Below are positions 21,627-29,949 of a DNA stretch of 32,000 bases, piece by piece (positions within the stretch are counted from its first letter, which is position 1; each line of letters starts with the position of its first letter). The notes beneath the pieces were generated by a model. The model worked only from the letters and a program-made list of their open reading frames with translations, had not been told where the DNA came from and did not search any database. Made by a program: the position numbers and the translations under genes. The stretch spans positions 2,057,177 through 2,089,176 of the forward strand of contig NZ_CP054058.1 of the NCBI RefSeq assembly GCF_003935895.2. Direction: 5' to 3'. The stretch comes from Scandinavium goeteborgense (GTDB taxonomy: Bacteria > Pseudomonadota > Gammaproteobacteria > Enterobacterales > Enterobacteriaceae).

Positions 21627-22805
21627 TTAAGAACGCAAAGTACCCGTTAGCACTTCAGAGACCTCAGCCAGATATAAAGCAGGAAGTCCCTCGTGGTCAG
21701 ACGTGAATAACACGTGTCGATTGTCCGGTGTAAAAGACGGGTGCGGGTGCGTGACCTGGCGGTCGCCGTCCAGGACTTTCCACGAGCTGTTATGCGCGGC
21801 CAGCGGAGCGTATTTGCGGGTCTTTGCGTCGAAGATGTAGAGCCACGGGTCGTTTTCGATGATGTGGCTGGCGGTATCCTTTACGTCTACCGGCGTGCCG
21901 GATCCGTCGCCGACCAGCAGCGTGCCGTCCTCGTTGCTCATCAGGTGTGAGCAGTTGGGCATCACCATAACGGCGGTATCTTCGCCCGTCTGCGGGTCGA
22001 AGCGGCGGATGCAGCGGTCGCTGCGACCTTTCTGATACGAGACGTAAATGAGCGCCGATCCATCCGGCACCCAAAACTCATGGGTGCAGCTTTCTCCTTC
22101 CGCATGTTCTTTTACTTTGCGTACGTTACTGCCGTCTTCGTTCACCAGCCACATGCGGGCATCTACCAGGTCGTGCGGGCCTTCATGGCAGAAGGCGACG
22201 GTACTGTCGTCATATGGACGATAGATAGGGTGGCCCAGCCAGCCATTCTCTTCATGAATAACACGGGATTTACCGCTATGCAGATCAACGCGCAGCAGAC
22301 GGCAGTGCGGCTTGCGGTGATAAAACGCCTGGAAAATTTGCCAGTCGGAGAGGGGAGTCCAGTCTTCGCGGGCGATTTCGATGCCGACCAGGCTGGTGCA
22401 TTCGCTGTTGGCGACCCAGGTGCCGTAGCCGACCCACTCTTCAGGGACCTGGTAAACAGTCTGTTCGCTGAAATCTGCCAGCGAAACTCGCTGAAGGCTA
22501 CGCTCATTTTTCACGTAATAAAGATGCCGGTCATCCGGCGACAGGAAACCACCAAAGGTATTATCACCCGCTCCCTCCGTCAGCTGTACTGCCATTTGCG
22601 TAGTTAAATCCAGCAGGTAATAGTTGCGATAACCGTCGAACTCCCCTGCAAACAGAAGGTGGTTTCCTTCGCGGGTGAAGCATTTTTGATAGAAATAGTT
22701 ACGGTGGCACAGCACGTTCGCTGGTGTCAGCCGCGTGACTTTGGCGCCGGTCTGCGCATCTACAACGGTGTGGAAACTGAATTGAATCTGAGAACCTTTA
22801 GCCAT
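21627..22805 (-). CDS. ogl: Oligogalacturonate lyase (PL22 family)
   Basis: 392 aa. MAKGSQIQFSFHTVVDAQTGAKVTRLTP..CHRNYFYQKCF...GHPIYRPYDDSTVAFCHEGPHDLVDARMW...ESCTHEFWVPDGSA...RQVTHPHPSFTPD is collinear with Dickeya Ogl as I recall it. GGGAG Shine-Dalgarno 6 nt upstream. Confidence 0.9.
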   Translation of the reverse strand: MAKGSQIQFSFHTVVDAQTGAKVTRLTPANVLCHRNYFYQKCFTREGNHLLFAGEFDGYRNYYLLDLTTQMAVQLTEGAGDNTFGGFLSPDDRHLYYVKNERSLQRVSLADFSEQTVYQVPEEWVGYGTWVANSECTSLVGIEIAREDWTPLSDWQIFQAFYHRKPHCRLLRVDLHSGKSRVIHEENGWLGHPIYRPYDDSTVAFCHEGPHDLVDARMWLVNEDGSNVRKVKEHAEGESCTHEFWVPDGSALIYVSYQKGRSDRCIRRFDPQTGEDTAVMVMPNCSHLMSNEDGTLLVGDGSGTPVDVKDTASHIIENDPWLYIFDAKTRKYAPLAAHNSSWKVLDGDRQVTHPHPSFTPDNRHVLFTSDHEGLPALYLAEVSEVLTGTLRS

Positions 22806-22859
22806 GGTTCGCTCCCTTCGGTAGCTGTCAACGTGATTGCTGGTCGGTGTCGATCATTG

Positions 22860-22878
22860 ATTGAAATGCAATTTCATT
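22860..22878. promoter_or_regulatory. KdgR operator-like palindrome (ATTGAAATGCAATTTCATT)
   Basis: A TGAAA-N5-TTTCA core with A/T flanks, about 17/19 to the KdgR box consensus (AATRAAAYRNYRTTTYAKT as I recall it). It lies 55-73 nt upstream of the ogl ATG. ogl is a classical KdgR target in Dickeya. Confidence 0.65.
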
Positions 22879-22934
22879 TATATAAAAACACGCTATCACT
22901 AAATAAAAAGAGCGTCGTCTGGGACGACTGAAAA

Positions 22935-22950
22935 TGTAATGTCGATCACA
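22935..22950. promoter_or_regulatory. CRP site (TGTAA-N6-TCACA) on the ogl side
   Basis: 9/10 match to the CRP core, about 130-145 nt upstream of the ogl ATG. Confidence 0.5.
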
Positions 22951-23048
22951 AAGTCGCTGATTCAACGTTCGGCTGAGGAAGAGGCTGCGTGTGGAAAACT
23001 GTTACATGGGTAACGAAGTGGCGAAAAAACATCGCTGACAGATATAAA

Positions 23049-23064
23049 TGTGAGCGATTTCACA
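23049..23064. promoter_or_regulatory. CRP site, perfect core TGTGA-gcgatt-TCACA, on the transporter side
   Basis: 10/10 match to the core, about 90-105 nt upstream of the transporter ATG. A TATAAA hexamer (23086-23091) lies about 30 nt downstream of its centre, compatible with a class II arrangement. Confidence 0.7.
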
Positions 23065-23105
23065 TCAATTAATGCTCTCGCTCTTTATAAAATTCCGTAC
23101 CTACA

Positions 23106-23128
23106 AAAATAAAACATCGGTTTATTTT
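23106..23128. promoter_or_regulatory. Second, weaker KdgR-like imperfect palindrome (AAAATAAAAC-atcg-GTTTATTTT)
   Basis: A/T-rich inverted repeat with AAAY..RTTT arms, but one extra central base relative to the KdgR consensus. It sits between the putative -10 and the transporter ATG. Confidence 0.3.
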
Positions 23129-23152
23129 AAAATCTCTTGGGGCGGAACGTAT

Positions 23153-24718
23153 ATGAACGCAGAAAAACCTATTCTGTTCAGACATCAGCTGGCCTATGGC
23201 GGCGGCAATCTGCTGGGAAGTGGCGCATTAGCTATTGCCGGTATCTGGCTTCTTTATTTCTACACGACCTTCTGCGGCCTGACGCTACTCCAGGCATCGG
23301 CTATTTTCTCCGTTGCCAGCATCATCGATGCTATCAGCAACCCGCTTATGGGCTATATATCTGATAATTTTGGTAAAACTCGCCTCGGTAAACGATTTGG
23401 CCGACGCCGCTTCTTTATTCTGCTGGGTATTCCTCTGATGATGTTCTACCCGCTACTGTGGGTCGAAGGCTTCGGCTTCTGGTATTACCTGTCTACCTAT
23501 GTGTTGTTCGAACTCATCTATACATCGGTGATGGTCCCGTACGAAACGCTCGCCACGGAAATGACCACTGACTTCTCGGCGCGCTCTAAGCTAACCGGCT
23601 ACAAGGCCATTTTCGGTAAGGTTGCCAACTTCCTGGCCGCATTTATTCCAGGTCAGTTCATTCTGATCTACGGGAAAGACTCTGCGCAGCCGTTTTTCTT
23701 CACGGCGCTGACCTACGGGGCGATCCTTTGCTTTGCGATTGGCATGTTGTACCTCTCTTCCTGGGAACGTCCCGTGGAGGAAACCATGCCGAACGACGAG
23801 AAAAAAATGACGCTGGGTAAAACCATCATGACGCTGATGCGCGACATGAAATCAACCTTCCACTTGCGTGTGTTCCGCAAACACCTTGGCATGTATCTGT
23901 GTGGCTTCGGGGCAGAGTGGTTGTTCGCTTCGGTTTTCACCTATTTTATTATCTTCGTGTTGCAATATGATCCGACGATGGTGGCGGGGTTGAGTAGCCT
24001 CAACTCTATTCTTCAGCTGTTCTCGACAGCCATCTTTATCACAATCTGTGTGAAGCACGGCTTCAGCAAACCCTACATTTTGGCACTGATCATCGTCGTG
24101 TTCTCGGTTGTCTGCTACAGCATGCTGCACTTGCTTAACTTGCCGCAGCAGTACGCGACGGCGGCAATGCTGGCGATTACCGTCGTTTTCGGCATCGGTA
24201 CGGGCGGCGTGTATTACATTCCCTGGACGGTTTATACCTTCCTCGCGGATATTGACGAAGCGTTCACCGGTCGCCGTCGCGAAGGTATTTACGCTGGGGC
24301 GATGACCTTCTCCGGCAAACTGGTGCGCTCGGTTATCGTTTTCGTGATGGGAGCCATCCTCAGCTTCTACGGCTTCCAGTCAAAATCGCACACCCAGCCG
24401 GAAAGCGCCGTGACCGCTATCGCTGTCGTATTCTGCGTGGGCGTAGTCGCGTTGGCATTGATGGCAATGGTATTCAGCGCGCAAATGAAGCTGAACCGAA
24501 AAACGCACCTGGTCGTACTGGGGGAAGTGGCCCGTATTAAAGCGGGGGGACAGATTGCGCAGGTCGAGTCGGATGTGCGCGCGGTAATGGAAGAACTGAT
24601 TGGCTATCCTTATGAAGAGTGCTGGGGCAATAGCAAGGTGTGCCGCAAAATCTTCGATACGACTGCCGTTGAGGTGACCGAACCCAATCCTTCCCTCGGT
24701 ACGACGCAGCATCCATGA
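23153..24718 (+). CDS. GPH-family (glycoside-pentoside-hexuronide:cation symporter) transporter, probably a TogT-like oligogalacturonide transporter
   Basis: 521 aa from MNAEKPILFRHQLAYGGGNLLGSG..., a 12-TM-type hydrophobic profile, and the GPH N-terminal motif (ISNPLMGYISDNFGKTRLGKRFGRRRFF). The substrate is inferred only from the divergent pairing with ogl and the shared KdgR/CRP region. The track start at 23072 is a 27-codon extension. Confidence 0.85.
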   Translation: MNAEKPILFRHQLAYGGGNLLGSGALAIAGIWLLYFYTTFCGLTLLQASAIFSVASIIDAISNPLMGYISDNFGKTRLGKRFGRRRFFILLGIPLMMFYPLLWVEGFGFWYYLSTYVLFELIYTSVMVPYETLATEMTTDFSARSKLTGYKAIFGKVANFLAAFIPGQFILIYGKDSAQPFFFTALTYGAILCFAIGMLYLSSWERPVEETMPNDEKKMTLGKTIMTLMRDMKSTFHLRVFRKHLGMYLCGFGAEWLFASVFTYFIIFVLQYDPTMVAGLSSLNSILQLFSTAIFITICVKHGFSKPYILALIIVVFSVVCYSMLHLLNLPQQYATAAMLAITVVFGIGTGGVYYIPWTVYTFLADIDEAFTGRRREGIYAGAMTFSGKLVRSVIVFVMGAILSFYGFQSKSHTQPESAVTAIAVVFCVGVVALALMAMVFSAQMKLNRKTHLVVLGEVARIKAGGQIAQVESDVRAVMEELIGYPYEECWGNSKVCRKIFDTTAVEVTEPNPSLGTTQHP

Positions 24719-24741
24719 TCCAAAAACAACCAAGTCATAGC

Positions 24742-24761
24742 CTGGCCGGGAAACCGGCCAG
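24742..24761 (+). terminator. GC-rich hairpin with GAAA tetraloop after the transporter gene
   Basis: CTGGCCGG-gaaa-CCGGCCAG, 24 nt after the stop. No T-run follows, so its function as an intrinsic terminator is uncertain. Confidence 0.4.
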
Positions 24762-24996
24762 CAACGGCTTATGCAGAAAGGGTAGCGAGCAGTAGGCTAG
24801 AAAAACTCGAAAGGGCAGATCTTGTCACGATGACCACGCCAACAAACAAGCGGAACATGAAATACCTATTGCCGAGTAATGGTATCTCTTATGTATGTTT
24901 TGCACTGTGGGTTCAAGCGATGTCTGCTCTGTGCCAGGAGCGGACCTTACCCCGATGAAGCAAGTCGGGAAATTTGCCGGATAAACACCCAATAAT

Positions 24997-25692
24997 TTAC
25001 GTAGCCGGGATCCATTCAACAATTGTTCTTGCCAACTCCCTGGGCTGTTCGAGCGGAATCATATGGCCGCAATCTCGAATGATTCTTAACGATGCATAAG
25101 GTATGGCTTCGACCAACTCTTCTGCCTCCTTCATCGAACGGATGGCATCATCTTCACTGGCGATAACCAGAGTTGGACAACATATCGTTGCAGAAGGTAT
25201 ACCTTGCCTGGATAAGGATGATTGCGTGATGAAGGCTTCAAATCCCAGAGAGCATCCCATTTTCTGGATAGCTGAAATCATATCCTGATTTGATGTGTTT
25301 AGAGGGTGGAGTGACTGGGCAATAGCATGGCTGCTTAGCCCCTTAAACGTTGTGGGGGACAATGACTGCATGCTTTTCCGCTTTGCCTCAGCCTCTAACG
25401 GCGTATCTTCCCGTAAGGAACTGGCAATAAGCACTAAGGACTCTACACGTTCAGGGAATTCTGCTGCCAGTTGTCGGGCAATACACCCTCCCATCGAAAA
25501 ACCTATCAAAGAAAACTTCTCAGGCAGAAGGGTAATCAGATGCTGCACTACATCATGAATGGTTCGTCCTTCAGTTACAGATACATGATGAACAATACAG
25601 TTTGACGGTAGGTATGTTTCAAATTCATGCCAAAGCATTTCATTCAGCATAAACCCGGGAATTAAAACGATTGTACGCGGCTTTAAACTCAT
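24997..25692 (-). CDS. Alpha/beta-fold hydrolase, substrate unknown
   Basis: 231 aa with a nucleophile elbow (GFSMGG), later acidic (ASEDD) and His (DCGHM) residues in the usual triad order, and the N-terminal beta-strand/oxyanion region (IVLIPGF). AT-rich codon usage. Confidence 0.85.
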   Translation of the reverse strand: MSLKPRTIVLIPGFMLNEMLWHEFETYLPSNCIVHHVSVTEGRTIHDVVQHLITLLPEKFSLIGFSMGGCIARQLAAEFPERVESLVLIASSLREDTPLEAEAKRKSMQSLSPTTFKGLSSHAIAQSLHPLNTSNQDMISAIQKMGCSLGFEAFITQSSLSRQGIPSATICCPTLVIASEDDAIRSMKEAEELVEAIPYASLRIIRDCGHMIPLEQPRELARTIVEWIPAT

Positions 25693-25820
25693 AGATCTCG
25701 CTTAAATGCATCAGTGTATTTATTGGGTTAGACAGGTTAAAAATATCTGACTAACTGCGACAATATCAAATTCCAGCCCTGGATAGGCGTTGTCTATTTT
25801 CACAGAGTTTCTTAACGTTT

Positions 25821-26537
25821 CTAACGTCCTCCCAAGCTTCCTCCACCATCAACAGGCAGCACCACGCCAGTAATAAAACTCGCTTCTGGTGATAAAAGAA
25901 AGGCTATTGCTGAAGCCACTTCAGTAGGAGAACCAAGTCTGCCCATTGGGATTGTCGATAAAACACGTTGTTCTGCTTCACTTCCAACGGGTCGTGTTTT
26001 ATGAAAAAGCTCTGTCTCTATTGGCCCAGGTGCAATCGCATTTGAGGTGATCCCGAATTGAGCAAGCTCTAATGCCCAAGTCCGTGTACAACCTACCAGA
26101 GCACTTTTTGCTGCTGAGTAAGCTGTTCGGTCAATCGCACCGTAAATGGCACGGCTGCATACATTAACAATTCTTCCCCAGCCTCTGCTCTTCATGTTGC
26201 CGATGAGTGCTTGTGTAATTTGAACTGCCACGCGTACGTTTATATCCATGACATGTTGGAACGTTTGAATATCAATACCTCCAAGTTGTTGAGGTAAGGC
26301 TACACCAATATTATTCACTATGCCGTGAACTTCGTGATTTTCGGCAATTTTCATTAGAATTAAATTTGTTTCATCAGCGCTACTCAGATCGGCCGTATAT
26401 AAAGTGCCAGGGAAGCTGGTATCGTCATTACGAGCAATGCCGACAACCAGATGACCCTGTTTTGATAATTTATCACTGAGAGCTCTTCCTATCCCTCGTG
26501 TTGCACCAGTGATTAGATAAGTGCGATATGGCCCCAT
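25821..26537 (-). CDS. Classical short-chain dehydrogenase/reductase, substrate unknown
   Basis: 238 aa from MGPYRTYLITGATRGIGRAL (TGxxxGIG), with NNIG and the catalytic YSAAK. The ATG at 26537 has AGAGGA 7 nt upstream. The track start at 26576 adds 13 unsupported codons. Confidence 0.87.
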   Translation of the reverse strand: MGPYRTYLITGATRGIGRALSDKLSKQGHLVVGIARNDDTSFPGTLYTADLSSADETNLILMKIAENHEVHGIVNNIGVALPQQLGGIDIQTFQHVMDINVRVAVQITQALIGNMKSRGWGRIVNVCSRAIYGAIDRTAYSAAKSALVGCTRTWALELAQFGITSNAIAPGPIETELFHKTRPVGSEAEQRVLSTIPMGRLGSPTEVASAIAFLLSPEASFITGVVLPVDGGGSLGGR

Positions 26538-26591
26538 ATTAAAATCCTCTGTTTCGTTTGGAAGAATGCGAATCAAATGCTTACTGAAATA

Positions 26592-26658
26592 CCATTTTTT
26601 ACTAACCCTCTATTAGGCTAGCAGAATAATTGCCAACGTCTGCTCCTCGCTCTTAGCT
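26592..26658. repeat. Copy A of a diverged 67-nt duplication (core TGCCAACGTCTGCTCCTCGCT at 26631-26651)
   Basis: Ungapped alignment with 27440-27506 at an offset of 848 nt. The core 21-mer matches 20/21 and the whole segment 44/67, by hand count. Confidence 0.75.
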
Positions 26659-27220
26659 GTCGGAGATGTTTGGAGGGGGAATGCTAATAGCGGACGTTGC
26701 TATTAGGTGGGTACAGTGAGTAGCGGGATCGAGTACAAGCACTATCGCTGTAAATAAAGACATGTTTTAAAAAACAGTATTGACCTCAAATCTTATATGA
26801 GTAAATTAGTACTCAACAGCACAATAAAAGTGGTTAGTAAGTTAGCGAATAGAAAGAAGTTTTGGGAAAGCCATTTTGCTTTACAGGCCACGAAGTTTGT
26901 TGTTTGGGATGTAGCTGATTTCAGGCCTTGTAGTGATTGTGCTGGTTCGCAAAATGGTAGTGTTAACGCGACGATGTAAGGCCTTGTTTCTTTACTAGAT
27001 GCTGACGGTTTTGTTTGTCTATGGTAACCGTATGAGCAACGGGCAACGCATCAAAGAGTAGATGTCGCGATGGGGGATGTGCTTGTTTAAGCTGCCACGC
27101 TTAGGTTCTAAAAGCGCAGGCAAGTGTATGATGAGATAAATAGAGGGAGGTTTTTTAGTATTAACGCCCAATATTATCTGTAGTAAACGGGTACATTTGA
27201 AAGCAGTCTAAATAGCAGTA

Positions 27221-27484
27221 TCATTTTATTAAGTCCATTAATGTTAAATCTGAAGTCTGAAGTACCTTAAAAGCCCTGGCTGCAATGGTCAGGGCTTTTA
27301 AGATTACTCTCTCTTGAATTGTAAGTTCTCCCAACAAATCATTAATAAAAATAACCTTGGTCATTTCCCCTGATGAGCTCCCCAATGCCTTATCGGTTTG
27401 GCTGCGCTTAATCAAGGTAAGCACGCTGTGACCTCCTTCCCATTGTTCATGTTTCCTCAATGTAAGTTTTTGAAGAACTGCCAA
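27221..27484 (-). other. Orphan ORF (87 codons from TTG at 27484, or 67 from GTG at 27424); coding status doubtful, possibly a gene remnant
   Basis: The track ORF is MAVLQKLTLRKHEQWEGGHSVLTLIKRSQTDKALG... An in-frame GTG at 27424 has a strong AAGGAGG 7 nt upstream. A TGA lies two codons upstream of the TTG. A 13-bp terminator-like hairpin (27269-27299) sits inside the ORF. I recognise no family. Confidence 0.3.
27269..27299. terminator. Strong hairpin flanked by A4/T4 (bidirectional-terminator-like)
   Basis: AAAAGCCCTGGCT-gcaat-GGTCAGGGCTTTT has 13 pairs including 2 G-U. T4 follows on either strand. It is embedded in the orphan ORF. Confidence 0.5.
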
Positions 27485-27506
27485 CGTCTGTTCCTCGCTG
27501 TGAGTT
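27440..27506. repeat. Copy B of the diverged 67-nt duplication (core TGCCAACGTCTGTTCCTCGCT at 27479-27499)
   Basis: See copy A. On the minus strand both cores read AGCGAGGA(G/A)CAGACGTTGGCA, that is a Shine-Dalgarno-like AGGAG/AGGAA, 6 nt, then TTG. Confidence 0.75.
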
Positions 27507-27606
27507 CAAATCGACAAGATTAACGTGGCAGGTCAAACCGCCCATGCTTCCCCTCTCAGGCCTCTGCTAAACTGAGTAGTGAATCTCATTATGAGCAGGA
27601 GGATGT

Positions 27607-28053
27607 ATGGGTTTAATCAGTTTCGTGAAAGAAGCAGGTGAAAAGATACTCGAGGCGGTCACCGGTACGGCACATGCCGCGGATCAAAATGAACTGCTTA
27701 AAGAGCACCTTAAGAAGAACGGCTTACAGGATGCCGATAAAATTGATGTGAAGGTTGAAGACGGTAAGGCTGTTGTTACCGGCGAAGGTTTAAGTCAGGA
27801 AGCAAAAGAAAAAATCCTGATTGCGGTCGGTAACGTGGCAGGGATTGCAGGTGTAGAAGATAACGTTACGGTAAAAGATACTGCTACAGAAAGTCAGTAC
27901 TACACGGTGAAATCCGGCGACACCCTGAGTGGCATCTCTAAACAAGTTTATGGTGATGCTAATCAGTACAACAAAATATTTGATGCCAATAAGCCTATGC
28001 TGAAAAGCCCCGATAAAATCTATCCTGGTCAGGTTCTTAGGGTCCCTAAATAA
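27607..28053 (+). CDS. kbp: BON + LysM domain potassium-binding protein, Kbp/YgaU homologue
   Basis: 148 aa. [20 protein letters not shown]...[34 protein letters not shown]...[50 protein letters not shown] is collinear with E. coli YgaU/Kbp as I recall it. GCAGGAGGA Shine-Dalgarno. It lies in the AT-rich islet, so it may be a second paralogue. Confidence 0.88.
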   Translation: MGLISFVKEAGEKILEAVTGTAHAADQNELLKEHLKKNGLQDADKIDVKVEDGKAVVTGEGLSQEAKEKILIAVGNVAGIAGVEDNVTVKDTATESQYYTVKSGDTLSGISKQVYGDANQYNKIFDANKPMLKSPDKIYPGQVLRVPK

Positions 28054-28066
28054 TTCAACACATCCA

Positions 28067-28099
28067 CCATCACTTGCGTGCGAGCCACGCAAGTGATGG
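28067..28099 (+). other. Perfect 14-bp stem-loop immediately after kbp
   Basis: CCATCACTTGCGTG-cgagc-CACGCAAGTGATGG, 14 nt after the stop codon. It is followed by agTTTgg only, so there is no real T-run. Confidence 0.6.
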
Positions 28100-28157
28100 A
28101 GTTTGGCGAGTCTCATCCCAACGATGGGAATCTATGCTGATAACGTTATGCAATTTC

Positions 28158-28185
28158 AAACCTCGCCTCGGTGGGGTTTTTTATT
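28158..28185 (+). terminator. Rho-independent terminator about 100 nt downstream of kbp
   Basis: AAACCTCG-cctcgg-TGGGGTTT is a short GC stem with G-U pairs. It runs into TTTTTTATT. Confidence 0.55.
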
Positions 28186-28340
28186 GTCTGCCATTTACAG
28201 CAGCGCAACTGTCGCGCCTTCAGAGGCAATTTGGGAGCAACAAAATGCCCGGTTATGTCTGAGAGTGTCTATTGCCAGTTTATAGCAACCTGCTGATAAC
28301 CATTAAAAAGTTAATGTATACAGACGGATGCTAAAAAAGT

Positions 28341-28360
28341 TACTATACCCCCCTACAGTA
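28341..28360. promoter_or_regulatory. FrmR/RcnR-type operator (TACTATA-CCCCCC-TACAGTA)
   Basis: A 6/7 inverted repeat flanks a C6 tract, 14 nt upstream of the frmR ATG. This matches the TACT-G/C6-N-AGTA architecture described for RcnR/FrmR (CsoR-family) operators. Confidence 0.7.
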
Positions 28361-28373
28361 TACCGGAGGGCCT

Positions 28374-29791
<1,418 letters not shown>

Positions 29792-29798
29792 TGCACAG

Positions 29799-29826
29799 GC
29801 CAGCGGAGTCCTTCCGCTGGCTTTTC
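29799..29826 (+). terminator. Rho-independent terminator of frmRA
   Basis: GCCAGCGGA-gtcct-TCCGCTGGC followed by TTTTCCCC, 8 nt after the frmA stop. Confidence 0.8.
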
Positions 29827-29870
29827 CCCGCTTAATCTCCAAAGTGTGACCGATGTAGCGCTTTTACCCG

Positions 29871-29897
29871 TAAGCAATCTCCCCGACAGGCCGATGA
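29871..29897 (+). promoter_or_regulatory. Sigma-28 (FliA) promoter: TAAG-N15-GCCGATGA
   Basis: Matches the enterobacterial FliA consensus TAAA-N15-GCCGATAA at 10/12 positions with exact 15-nt spacing. It lies about 55 nt upstream of the chemoreceptor ATG. Confidence 0.75.
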
Positions 29898-29949
29898 CAA
29901 TCTAACGGGCGTTTTGGTACGCCTCTTACAATAAGAGAGTCGATAAGCC

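Noticed and set aside
22913-22927. GTCGTC-tgg-GACGAC hairpin followed by a T-run on the minus strand, upstream of ogl, considered as an attenuator
   Set aside because: The stem is only 6 bp. It lies upstream of the CRP/KdgR-defined promoter region rather than in a leader. This is too weak to call.
24905-24935. GGGTTCAAGCG... resembling a tRNA T-loop, a possible tRNA or att remnant at the islet edge
   Set aside because: There is no complementary T-stem, acceptor stem or CCA context, and no adjacent integrase.
26797-26979. 60-aa plus-strand ORF in the coding-poor kilobase
   Set aside because: It has no SD. Its ATG sits inside the only plausible promoter-like hexamers. I recognise no family and the composition is unremarkable.
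28074-28285. Two overlapping plus-strand ORFs of 60-62 aa after kbp
   Set aside because: Both read straight through the 14-bp hairpin and/or the T6 terminator and lack initiation signals.
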